Source: Eledone cirrhosa
Taxonomy: Eukaryota
NCBI GenBank assembly: GCA_964016885.1
Contig: OZ024741.1
Span: 210,862,001 to 210,926,000, forward strand
Direction: 5' to 3'
Length of the DNA: 64,000 nucleotides
Each line of letters starts with the position of its first letter. Within the stretch, counting starts at the first letter, position 1. Positions 25,441-38,100 of the stretch are shown piece by piece. The notes below the pieces were generated by a model. It was not told the DNA's origin. It saw only the letters and a list, made by a program, of their open reading frames with translations, and ran no database searches. Both the position numbers and the translations under genes were made by a program.

Positions 25441-28400
25441 TCCACTGTCTCAGCCTCAGTTCACCTATCTCAACCACAGTCCACCTATCTCAGCCTCAGT
25501 CCACTGTCTCAGCCTCAGTTCACCTATCTCAGCCACAGTCCACTGTCTCAGCCACAGTCCACCTATCTCAGCCACAGTCCACTGTCTCAGCCACAGTCCA
25601 CCTATCTCAACCACAGTCCACTGTCTCAGCCACAGTCCACCTATCTAAGCCACAGTCCACTGTCTCAGCCTCAGTTCACCTATCTCAACCACAGTCCACC
25701 TATCTCAGTCTCAGTCCACTGTGTCAGCCACAGTCCACTGTCTCAGCCACAGTCCACCTATCTCAGCCACAGTCCACTGTCTCAGCCTCAGTTAACCTAT
25801 CTCAGCCACAGTCCACTGTCTCAGCCACAGTCCACCTATCTCAGCCACAGTCCACTGTCTCAGCCACAGTCCACCTATCTCAACCACAGTCCACTGTCTC
25901 AGCCACAGTCCACCTATCTCAGCCTCAGTCCACTGTCTCAGCCTCAGTCCACTGTCTCAGCCACAGTCCACTGTCTCAGCCTCAGTCCACTGTCTCAGCC
26001 ACAGTCCACCTATCTCAGCCACAGTCCACTGTCTCAGCCACAGTCCACCTATCTCAGCCACAGTCCACTGTCTCAGCCTCAGTCCACCTATCTCAGCCAG
26101 AGTCCACTGTCTCAGCCTCAGTCCACTGTCTCAGCCACAGTCCGCCTATCTCAGCCACAGTCCACCTATCTCACCCTCAGTCCACTGTCTCAGCCACAGT
26201 CCACCTATTTCAGCCTCAGTCCACTGTCTCAGCCTCAGTCCACTGTCTCAGCCTCAGTCCACCTATCTCAACCTCAGTCCACTGTCTCAGCCTCAGTCCA
26301 CTGTCTCAGCCTCAGTCCACCTATCTCAGCCACAGTCCACTGTCTCACCCTCAGTCCACCGTCTCAGCCACAGTCCACTGTCTCAGCCACAGTCCACTGT
26401 CTCAGCCACAGTCCACTGTCTCAGCCACAGTCCACTGTCTCAGCCTCAGTCCACCTATCTCAACCACAGTCCACTGTCTCAGCCAAGTCCACCTATCTCA
26501 GCCACAGTCCACTGTCTCAGCCTCAGTTCACCTATCTCAGCCACAGTCCACTGTCTCAGCCACAGTCCACCTATCTCAGCCACAGTCCACTGTCTCAGCC
26601 ACAGTCCACCTATCTCAACCACAGTCCACTGTCTCAGCCACAGTCCACCTATCTAAGCCACAGTCCACTGTCTCAGCCTCAGTTCACCTATCTCAACCAC
26701 AGTCCACCTATCTCAGTCTCAGTCCACTGTCTCAGCCACAGTCCACTGTCTCAGCCACAGTCCACCTATCTCAGCCACAGTCCACTGTCTCAGCCTCAGT
26801 TCACCTATCTCAACCACAGTCCACCTATCTCAGCCTCAGTCCACTGTCTCAGCCACAGTCCACCTATCTCAGCCACAGTCCACTGTCTCAGCCACAGTCC
26901 ACTGTCTCAGTCTCAGTCCACCTATCTCAGCCACAGTCCACTGTCTCAGCCACAGTCCACCTACTCAGCCACAGTCCACCTATCTCAGCCACAGTCCACT
27001 GTCTCAGCCACAGTCCACCTATCTCAGTCTCAGTCCACTGTCTCAGCCACAGTCCACTGTCTCAGTCTCAGTCCACCTATCTCAGCCACAGTCCACTGTC
27101 TCAGCCACAGTCCACCTATCTCAGCCACAGTCCACTGTCTCAGCCACATTCCACCTATCTCAGTCTCAGTCCACTGTCTCAGCCACAGTCCACTGTCTCA
27201 TTCTCAGTCCACCTATCTCAGCCACAGTCCACTGTCTCAGCCACAGTCCACCTATCTCAGCCACAGTCCACCTATCTCAGCCACAGTCCACCTATCTCAC
27301 CCTCAGTCCACTGTCTCAGCCACAGTCCACCTATCTCAGCCTCAGTCCACTGTCTCAGCCTCAGTCCACTGTCTCAGCCTCAGTCCACCTATCTCAGCCT
27401 CAGTCCACTGTCTCAGCCTCAGTCCACTGTCTCAGCCTCAGTCCACCTATCTCAGCCACAGTCCACTGTCTCACCCTCAGTCCACCGTCTCAGCCACAGT
27501 CCACTGTCTCAGCCACAGTCCACTGTCTCAGCCACAGTCCACTGTCTCAGCCACAGTCCACTGTCTCAGCCTCAGTTCACCTATCTCAACCACAGTCCAC
27601 TGTCTCAGCCTCAGTCCACCTATCTCAGCCACAGTCCACTGTCTCAACCACAGTCCACTGTCTCAGCCTCAGTTCACCTATCTCAACCACAGTCCACTGT
27701 CTCAGCCTCAGTCCACTGTCTCAGCCACAGTCCACTGTCTCAGCCTCAGTCCACTGTCTCAGCCACAGTCCACCTATCTCAGCCACAGTCCACTGTCTCA
27801 GCCACAGTCCACCTATCTCAGCCACAGTCCACTGTCTCAGCCACAGTCCACCTATCTCGGCCACAGTACACTGTCTCAGCCTCAGTTCACCTATCTCAAC
27901 CACAGTCCACTGTCTCAGCCTCAGTTCACCTATCTCAGCCACAGTCCACTGTCTCAGCCACAGTCCACCTATCTCAGTCTCAGTCCACTGTCTCAGCCAC
28001 AGTCCACCTATCTCAGCCACAGTCCACTGTCTCAGCCTCAGTTCACCTATCTCAACCACAGTCCACTGTCTCAGCCTCTGTTCTCCTATCTCAGCCACAG
28101 TCCACCTATCTCAGTCTCAGTCCACTGTCTCAGCCACAGTCCACCTATCTCAGCCACAGTCCACTGTCTCAGCCTCAGTTCACCTATCTCAGCCACAGTC
28201 CACCTATCTCAGTCTCAGTCCACTGTCTCAGCCACAGTCCACCTATCTCAGCCACAGTCCACTGTCTCAGCCTCAGTTCACCTATCTCAACCACAGTCCA
28301 CCTATCTCAGTCTCAGTCCACTGTCTCAGCCACAGTCCACCTATCTCAGCCACAGTCCACTGTCTCAGCCTCAGTTCACCTATCTCAACCACAGTCCACC

Positions 28401-30319
28401 TATCTCAGTCTCAGTCCACTGTCTCAGCCACAGTCCACCTATCTCAACCACAGTCCACTGTCTCAGCCTCAGTTCACCTATCTCAGCCACAGTCCACCTA
28501 TCTCAGTCTCAGTCCACTGTCTCAGCCACAGTCCACCTATCTCAGCCACAGTCCACTGTCTCAGCCTCAGTTCACCTATCTCAACCACAGTCCACCTATC
28601 TCAGTCTCAGTCCACTGTCTCAGCCACAGTCCACTGTCTCAGCCACAGTCCACTGTCTCAGCCACAGTCCACTGTCTCAGCCACAGTCCACCTATCTCAG
28701 CCACAGTCCACTGTCTCAGCCTCAGTTCACCTATCTCAACCACAGTCCACCTATCTCAGCCTCAGTCCACTGTCTCAGCCTCAGTTCACCTATCTCAGCC
28801 ACAGTCCACTGTCTCAGCCACAGTCCACCTATCTCAGCCACAGTCCACTGTCTCAGCCACAGTCCACCTATCTCAACCACAGTCCACTGTCTTAGCCACA
28901 GTCCACCTATCTAAGCCACAGTCCACTGTCTCAGCCTCAGTTCACCTATCTCAACCACAGTCCACCTATCTCAGTCTCAGTCCACTGTCTCAGCCACAGT
29001 CCACTGTCTCAGCCACAGTCCACCTATCTCAGCCACAGTCCACTGTCTCAGCCTCAGTTCACCTATCTCAACCACAGTCCACCTATCTCAGCCTCAGTCC
29101 ACTGTCTCAGCCTCAGTTCACCTATCTCAGCCACAGTCCACTGTCTCAGCCACAGTCCACCTATCTCAGCCACAGTCCACTGTCTCAGCCACAGTCCACC
29201 TATCTCAACCACAGTCCACTGTCTCAGCCACAGTCCACCTATCTCAGCCTCCGTCCACTGTCTCAGCCTCAGTCCACTGTCTCAGCCACAGTCCACTGTC
29301 TCAGCCTCAGTCCACTGTCTCAGCCACAGTCCACCTATCTCAGCCACAGTCCACTGTCTCAGCCACAGTCCACCTATCTCAGCCACAGTCCACTGTCTCA
29401 GCCTCAGTCCACCTATCTCAGCCAGAGTCCACTGTCTCAGCCTCAGTCCACTGTCTCAGCCACAGTCCGCCTATCTCAGCCACAGTCCACCTATCTCACC
29501 CTCAGTCCACTGTCTCAGCCACAGTCCACCTATCTCAGCCTCAGTCCACTGTCTCAGCCTCAGTCCACTGTCTCAGCCTCAGTCCACCTATCTCAACCTC
29601 AGTCCACTGTCTCAGCCTCAGTCCACTGTCTCAGCCTCAGTCCACCTATCTCAGCCACAGTCCACTGTCTCACCCTCAGTCCACCGTCTCAGCCACAGTC
29701 CACTGTCTCAGCCACAGTCCACTGTCTCAGCCACAGTCCACTGTCTCAGCCACATTCCACTGTCTCAGCCTCAGTCCACCTATCTCAACCACAGTCCACT
29801 GTCTCAGCCTCAGTCCACTGTCTCAGCCACAGTCCACCTATTTCAGCCACAGTCCACTGTCTCAGCCACAGTCCACCTATCTCAACCACAGTCCACTGTC
29901 TCAGCCTCAGTCCACTGTCTCAGCCACAGTCCACCTATTTCAGCCACAGTCCACTGTCTCAGCCACAGTCCACCTATCTCAGCCACAGTCCACTGTCTCA
30001 GTCTCAGTCCACCTATCTCAGTCTCAGTCCACTGTCTCAGCCACAGTCCACTGTCTCAGTCTCAGTCCACCTATCTCAGCCACAGTCCACTGTCTCAGCC
30101 TCAGTCCACTGTCTCAGCCACAGTCCACTGTCTCAGCCTCAGTCCACTGTCTCAGCCTCAGTCCACCTATCTCAACCACAGTCCACTGTCTCAGCCTCAG
30201 TTCACCTATCTCAGCCACAGTCCACTGTCTCAGCCTCAGTCCACTGTCTCAGCCACAGTCCACTGTCTCAGCCTCAGTCCACTGTCTCAGCCTCAGTCCA
30301 CCTATCTCAACCACAGTCC

Positions 30320-31150
30320 ACTGTCTCAGCCACAGTCCACCTATCTCAGCCACAGTCCACTGTCTCAGCCTCAGTCCACTGTCTCAGCCACAGTCCACCT
30401 ATCTCAGCCACAGTCCACTGTCTCAGCCACAGTCCACTGTCTCAGTCTCAGTCCACCTATCTCAGCCACAGTCCACTGTCTCAGCCACAGTCCACCTATC
30501 TCAGCCACAGTCCACCTATCTCAGCCACAGTCCACTGTCTCAGCCACAGTCCACTGTCTCAGTCTCAGTCCACCTATCTCAGCCACAGTCCACTGTCTCA
30601 GCCACAGTCCACCTATCTCAGCCACAGTCCACTGTCTCAGCCACATTCCACCTATCTCAGTTTCAGTCCACTGTCTCAGCCACAGTCCACTGTCTCATTC
30701 TCAGTCCACCTATCTCAGCCACAGTCCACTGTCTCAGCCACAGTCCACCTATCTCAGCCACAGTCCACTGTCTCAGCCTCAGTCCACTGTCTCAGCCACA
30801 GTCCACCTATCTCAGCCACAGTCCACTGTCTCAGCCACAGTCCACTGTCTCAGTCTCAGTCCACCTATCTCAGCCACAGTCCACTGTCTCAGCCACAGTC
30901 CACCTATCTCAGCCACAGTCCACCTATCTCAGCCACAGTCCACTGTCTCAGCCACAGTCCACTGTCTCAGTCTCAGTCCACCTATCTCAGCCACAGTCCA
31001 CTGTCTCAGCCACAGTCCACCTATCTCAGCCACAGTCCACTGTCTCAGCCACATTCCACCTATCTCAGTTTCAGTCCACTGTCTCAGCCACAGTCCACTG
31101 TCTCATTCTCAGTCCACCTATCTCAGCCACAGTCCACTGTCTCAGCCACA
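30320..31150 (+). repeat. Tandem duplication, offset 408 bp
   Basis: CACATTCCAC...TTTCAGTCC...TCTCATTCTC cluster seen twice (TTTCAG at 30661 and 31069). Ends approximate. Confidence 0.8.
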
Positions 31151-31879
31151 GTCCACCTATCTCAGCCACAGTCCACCTATCTCAGCCACAGTCCACCTAT
31201 CTCACCCTCAGTCCACTGTCTCAGCCACAGTCCACCTATCTCAGCCTCAGTCCACTGTCTCAGCCTCAGTCCACTGTCTCAGCCTCGGTCCACCTATCTC
31301 AGCCTCAGTCCACTGTCTCAGCCTCAGTCCACTGTCTCAGCCTCAGTCCACCTATCTCAGCCACAGTCCACTGTCTCACCCTCAGTCCACCGTCTCAGCC
31401 ACAGTCCACTGTCTCAGCCACAGTCCACTGTCTCAGCCACAGTCCACTGTCTCAGCCACAGTCCACTGTCTCAGCCTCAGTTCACCTATCTCAACCACAG
31501 TCCACTGTCTCAGCCTCAGTTCACCTATCTCAACCACAGTCCACTGTCTCAGCCTCAGTCCACTGTCTCAGCCTCAGTTCACCTATCTCAACCACAGTCC
31601 ACTGTCTCAGCCTCAGTCCACTGTCTCAGCCACAGTCCACTGTCTCAGCCACAGTCCACTGTCTCAGCCTCAGTCCACTGTCTCAGCCACAGTCCACTGT
31701 CTCAGTCTCAGTCCACTGTCTCAGCCTCAGTCCACCTATCTCAGCCACAGTCCACTGTCTCAACCACAGTCCACTGTCTCAGCCTCAGTTCACCTATCTC
31801 AACCACAGTCCACTGTCTCAGCCTCAGTCCACTGTCTCAGCCACAGTCCACTGTCTCAGCCTCAGTCCACTGTCTCAGC

Positions 31880-34800
31880 CACAGTCCACCTATCTCAGCC
31901 ACAGTCCACTGTCTCAGCCACAGTCCACCTATCTCAGCCACAGTCCACTGTCTCAGCCACAGTCCACCTATCTCGGCCACAGTACACTGTCTCAGCCTCA
32001 GTTCACCTATCTCAACCACAGTCCACTGTCTCAGCCTCAGTTCACCTATCTCAGCCACAGTCCACTGTCTCAGCCACAGTCCACCTATCTCAGTCTCAGT
32101 CCACTGTCTCAGCCACAGTCCACCTATCTCAGCCACAGTCCACTGTCTCAGCCTCAGTTCACCTATCTCAACCACAGTCCACTGTCTCAGCCTCAGTTCA
32201 CCTATCTCAGCCACAGTCCACCTATCTCAGTCTCAGTCCACTGTCTCAGCCACAGTCCACCTATCTCAGCCACAGTCCACTGTCTCAGCCTCAGTTCACC
32301 TATCTCAGCCACAGTCCACCTATCTCAGTCTCAGTCCACTGTCTCAGCCACAGTCCACCTATCTCAGCCACAGTCCACTGTCTCAGCCTCAGTTCACCTA
32401 TCTCAACCACAGTCCACCTATCTCAGTCTCAGTCCACTGTCTCAGCCACAGTCCACCTATCTCAGCCACAGTCCACTGTCTCAGCCTCAGTTCACCTATC
32501 TCAACCACAGTCCACCTATCTCAGTCTCAGTCCACTGTCTCAGCCACAGTCCACCTATCTCAACCACAGTCCACTGTCTCAGCCTCAGTTCACCTATCTC
32601 AGCCACAGTCCACCTATCTCAGTCTAAGTCCACTGTCTCAGCCACAGTCCACCTATCTCAGCCACAGTCCACTGTCTCAGCCTCAGTTCACCTATCTCAA
32701 CCACAGTCCACCTATCTCAGTCTCAGTCCACTGTCTCAGCCACAGTCCACTGTCTCAGCCACAGTCCACCTATCTCAGCCACAGTCCACTGTCTCAGCCT
32801 CAGCTCACCTATCTCAACCACAGTCCACCTATCTCAGCCTCAGTCCACTGTCTCAGCCTCAGTTCACCTATCTCAGCCACAGTCAACTGTCTCAGCCACA
32901 GTCCACCTATCTCAGCCACAGTCCACTGTCTCAGCCACAGTCCACCTATCTCAACCACAGTCCACTGTCTCAGCCACAGTCCACCTATCTAAGCCACAGT
33001 CCACTGTCTCAGCCTCAGTTCACCTATCTCAACCACAGTCCACCTATCTCAGTCTCAGTCCACTGTCTCAGCCACAGTCCACTGTCTCAGCCACAGTCCA
33101 CCTATCTCAGCCACAGTCCACTGTCTCAGCCTCAGTTCACCTATCTCAACCACAGTCCACCTATCTCAGCCTCAGTCCACTGTCTCAGCCTCAGTTCACC
33201 TATCTCAGCCACAGTCCACTGTCTCAGCCACAGTCCACCTATCTCAGCCACAGTCCACTGTCTCAGCCACAGTCCACCTATCTCAACCACAGTCCACTGT
33301 CTCAGCCACAGTCCACCTATCTCAGCCTCAGTCCACTGTCTCAGCCTCAGTCCACTGTCTCAGCCACAGTCCACTGTCTCAGCCTCAGTCCACTGTCTCA
33401 GCCACAGTCCACCTATCTCAGCCACAGTCCACTGTCTCAGCCACAGTCCACCTATCTCAGCCACAGTCCACTGTCTCAGCCTCAGTCCACCTATCTCAGC
33501 CAGAGTCCACTGTCTCAGCCTCAGTCCACTGTCTCAGCCACAGTCCGCCTATCTCAGCCACAGTCCACCTATCTCACCCTCAGTCCACTGTCTCAGCCAC
33601 AGTCCACCTATCTCAGCCTCAGTCCACTGTCTCAGCCTCAGTCCACTGTCTCAGCCTCAGTCCACCTATCTCAACCTCAGTCCACTGTCTCAGCCTCAGT
33701 CCACTGTCTCAGCCTCAGTCCACCTATCTCAGCCACAGTCCACTGTCTCACCCTCAGTCCACCGTCTCAGCCACAGTCCACTGTCTCAGCCACAGTCCAC
33801 TGTCTCAGCCACAGTCCACTGTCTCAGCCACAGTCCACTGTCTCAGCCTCAGTCCACCTATTTCAGCCACAGTCCACTGTCTCAGCCACAGTCCACCTAT
33901 CTCAGCCACAGTCCACTGTCTCAGCCACAGTCCACCTATCTCGGCCACAGTACACTGTCTCAGCCTCAGTTCACCTATCTCAACCACAGTCCACTGTCTC
34001 AGCCTCAGTTCACCTATCTCAGCCACAGTCCACTGTCTCAGCCACAGTCCACCTATCTCAGTCTCAGTCCACTGTCTCAGCCACAGTCCACCTATCTCAG
34101 CCACAGTCCACTGTCTCAGCCTCAGTTCACCTATCTCAACCACAGTCCACTGTCTCAGCCTCAGTTCACCTATCTCAGCCACAGTCCACCTATCTCAGTC
34201 TCAGTCCACTGTCTCAGCCACAGTCCACCTATCTCAGCCACAGTCCACTGTCTCAGCCTCAGTTCACCTATCTCAGCCACAGTCCACCTATCTCAGTCTC
34301 AGTCCACTGTCTCAGCCACAGTCCACCTATCTCAGCCACAGTCCACTGTCTCAGCCTCAGTTCACCTATCTCAACCACAGTCCACCTATCTCAGTCTCAG
34401 TCCACTGTCTCAGCCACAGTCCACCTATCTCAGCCACAGTCCACTGTCTCAGCCTCAGTTCACCTATCTCAACCACAGTCCACCTATCTCAGTCTCAGTC
34501 CACTGTCTCAGCCACAGTCCACCTATCTCAACCACAGTCCACTGTCTCAGCCTCAGTTCACCTATCTCAGCCACAGTCCACCTATCTCAGTCTCAGTCCA
34601 CTGTCTCAGCCACAGTCCACCTATCTCAGCCACAGTCCACTGTCTCAGCCTCAGTTCACCTATCTCAACCACAGTCCACCTATCTCAGTCTCAGTCCACT
34701 GTCTCAGCCACAGTCCACTGTCTCAGCCACAGTCCACCTATCTCAGCCACAGTCCACTGTCTCAGCCTCAGTTCACCTATCTCAACCACAGTCCACCTAT

Positions 34801-35480
34801 CTCAGCCTCAGTCCACTGTCTCAGCCTCAGTTCACCTATCTCAGCCACAGTCCACTGTCTCAGCCACAGTCCACCTATCTCAGCCACAGTCCACTGTCTC
34901 AGCCACAGTCCACCTATCTCAACCACAGTCCACTGTCTCAGCCACAGTCCACCTATCTAAGCCACAGTCCACTGTCTCAGCCTCAGTTCACCTATCTCAA
35001 CCACAGTCCACCTATCTCAGTCTCAGTCCACTGTCTCAGCCACAGTCCACTGTCTCAGCCACAGTCCACCTATCTCAGCCACAGTCCACTGTCTCAGCCT
35101 CAGTTCACCTATCTCAACCACAGTCCACCTATCTCAGCCTCAGTCCACTGTCTCAGCCTCAGTTCACCTATCTCAGCCACAGTCCACTGTCTCAGCCACA
35201 GTCCACCTATCTCAGCCACAGTCCACTGTCTCAGCCACAGTCCACCTATCTCAACCACAGTCCACTGTCTCAGCCACAGTCCACCTATCTCAGCCTCAGT
35301 CCACTGTCTCAGCCTCAGTCCACTGTCTCAGCCACAGTCCACTGTCTCAGCCTCAGTCCACTGTCTCAGCCACAGTCCACCTATCTCAGCCACAGTCCAC
35401 TGTCTCAGCCACAGTCCACCTATCTCAGCCACAGTCCACTGTCTCAGCCTCAGTCCACCTATCTCAGCCAGAGTCCACCT
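31880..35480 (+). repeat. Direct duplication, offset 1968 bp
   Basis: - strand ORFs 31837/33805, GTTCAC 32196/34164, CAGAG 33501/35469. Ends approximate. Confidence 0.85.
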
Positions 35481-36554
35481 ATCTCAGCCTCAGTCCACTG
35501 TCTCAGCCTCAGTCCACTGTCTCAGCCTCAGTCCACCTATCTCAACCTCAGTCCACTGTCTCAGCCTCAGTCCACTGTCTCAGCCTCAGTCCACCTATCT
35601 CAGCCACAGTCCACTGTCTCACCCTCAGTCCACCGTCTCAGCCACAGTCCACTGTCTCAGCCACAGTCCACTGTCTCAGCCACAGTCCACTGTCTCAGCC
35701 ACAGTCCACTGTCTCAGCCTCAGTCCACCTATCTCAACCACAGTCCACTGTCTCAGCCTCAGTCCACTGTCTCAGCCACAGTCCACCTATTTCAGCCACA
35801 GTCCACTGTCTCAGCCACAGTCCACCTATCTCAACCACAGTCCACTGTCTCAGCCTCAGTCCACTGTCTCAGCCACAGTCCACCTATTTCAGCCACAGTC
35901 CACTGTCTCAGCCACAGTCCACCTATCTCAACCACAGTCCACTGTCTCAGCCTCAGTCCACTGTCTCAGCCACAGTCCACCTATCTCAGCCACAGTCCAC
36001 TGTCTCAGCCTCAGTCCACTGTCTCAGCCACAGTCCACCTACCTCAGCCACAGTCCACTGTCTCAGCCTCAGTCCACTGTCTCAGCCACAGTCCACCTAT
36101 CTCAGCCACAGTCGACTGTCTCAGCCACAGTCCACCTATCTCAGCCACAGTCCACTGTCTCAGCCACAGTCCACCTATCTCAACCACAGTCCAGTGTCTC
36201 AACCACAGTCCACTGTCTCAGCCTCAGTTCACCTATCTCAACCACAGTCCACTGTCTCAGCCTCAGTCCACTGTCTCAGCCACAGTCCACTGTCTCAGCC
36301 TCAGTCCACTGTCTCAGCCACAGTCCACCTATCTCAGCCACAGTCCACTGTCTCAGCCACAGTCCACTGTCTCAGCCTCAGTCCACTGTCTCAGCCACAG
36401 TCCACCTATCTCAGCCACAGTCCACCTATCTCAGCCTCAGTCCACTGTCTCAGCCTCAGTCCACTGTCTCAGCCACAGTCCACCTATCTCAGTCACAGTC
36501 CACTGTTTCAGCCACAGTCCACTGTCTCAGCCACAGTCCACCTATCTCAGCCAC

Positions 36555-38100
36555 AGTCCACTGTCTCAGCCACAGTCCACCTATCTCAACCACAGTCCAC
36601 TGTCTCAACCACAGTCCACTGTCTCAGCCACAGTCCACTGTCTCAGCCTCAGTCCACCTATCTCAGCCACAGTCCACCTATCTCAGCCACAGTCCACTGT
36701 CTCAGCCTCAGTCCACCTATCTCAGCCACAGTCCACTGTCTCAGCCTCAGTCCACTGTCTCAGCCACAGTCCACCTATCTCAGCCACAGTCCACCTATCT
36801 CAGCCACAGTCCACTGTCTCAGCCTCAGTTCACTGTCTCAGCCACAGTCCACCTATCTCAGCCACAGTCCACTGTCTCAGCCACAGTCCACCTATCTCAG
36901 CCACAGTCCACTGACTCAGCCTCAGTCCACTGTCTCAGCCACAGTCCACCTATCTCAGCCACAGTCCACCTATCTCAACCACAGTCCACTGTCTCAGCCT
37001 CAGTTCACCTATCTCAACCACAGTCCACTGTCTCAGCCTCAGTCCACTGTCTCAGCCACAGTCCACTGTCTCAGCCTCATTCCACTGTCTCAGCCTCAGT
37101 CCACCTATGTCAGCCACAGTCCACTGTCTCAGCCTCAGTCCACCTATCTCAGCCACAGACCACTGTCTCGGCCACAGTCCACCTATCTCAGCCACAGTCC
37201 ACTGTCTCAGCCACAGTCCACCTATCTCAACCACAGTCCACTGTCTCAGTCTCAGTCCACTGTCTCAGCCTCAGTCCACCTATCTCAGCCACAGTCCACT
37301 GTCTCAGCCTCAGTCCACTGTCTCAGCCACAGTCCACCTATCTCAACCACAGTCCACTGTCTCAACCACAGTCCACTGTCTCAGCCACAGTCCACTGTCT
37401 CAGCCTCAGTCCACCTATCTCAGCCACAGTCCACCTATCTCAGCCACAGTCCACTGTCTCAGCCTCAGTCCACCTATCTCAGCCACAGTCCACTGTCTCA
37501 GCCTCAGTCCACTGTCTCAGCCACAGTCCACCTATCTCAGCCACAGTCCACCTATCTCAGCCACAGTCCACTGTCTCAGCCTCAGTTCACTGTCTCAGCC
37601 ACAGTCCACCTATCTCAGCCACAGTCCACTGTCTCAGCCACAGTCCACCTATCTCAGCCACAGTCCACTGACTCAGCCTCAGTCCACTGTCTCAGCCACA
37701 GTCCACCTATCTCAGCCACAGTCCACCTATCTCAACCACAGTCCACTGTCTCAGCCTCAGTTCACCTATCTCAACCACAGTCCACTGTCTCAGCCTCAGT
37801 CCACTGTCTCAGCCACAGTCCACTGTCTCAGCCTCATTCCACTGTCTCAGCCTCAGTCCACCTATGTCAGCCACAGTCCACTGTCTCAGCCTCAGTCCAC
37901 CTATCTCAGCCACAGACCACTGTCTCGGCCACAGTCCACCTATCTCAGCCACAGTCCACTGTCTCAGCCACAGTCCACCTATCTCAACCACAGTCCACTG
38001 TCTCAGTCTCAGTCCACTGTCTCAGCCTCAGTCCACCTATCTCAGCCACAGTCCACTGTCTCAGCCTCAGTCCACTGTCTCAGCCACAGTCCACCTATCT
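36555..38100 (+). repeat. Tandem duplication, offset 757 bp, with private variants
   Basis: GACTCAG 36913/37670, ATGTCAGCC 37107/37864, TCTCAACC 36584/37341, - strand ORFs 37052/37809. Confidence 0.9.
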
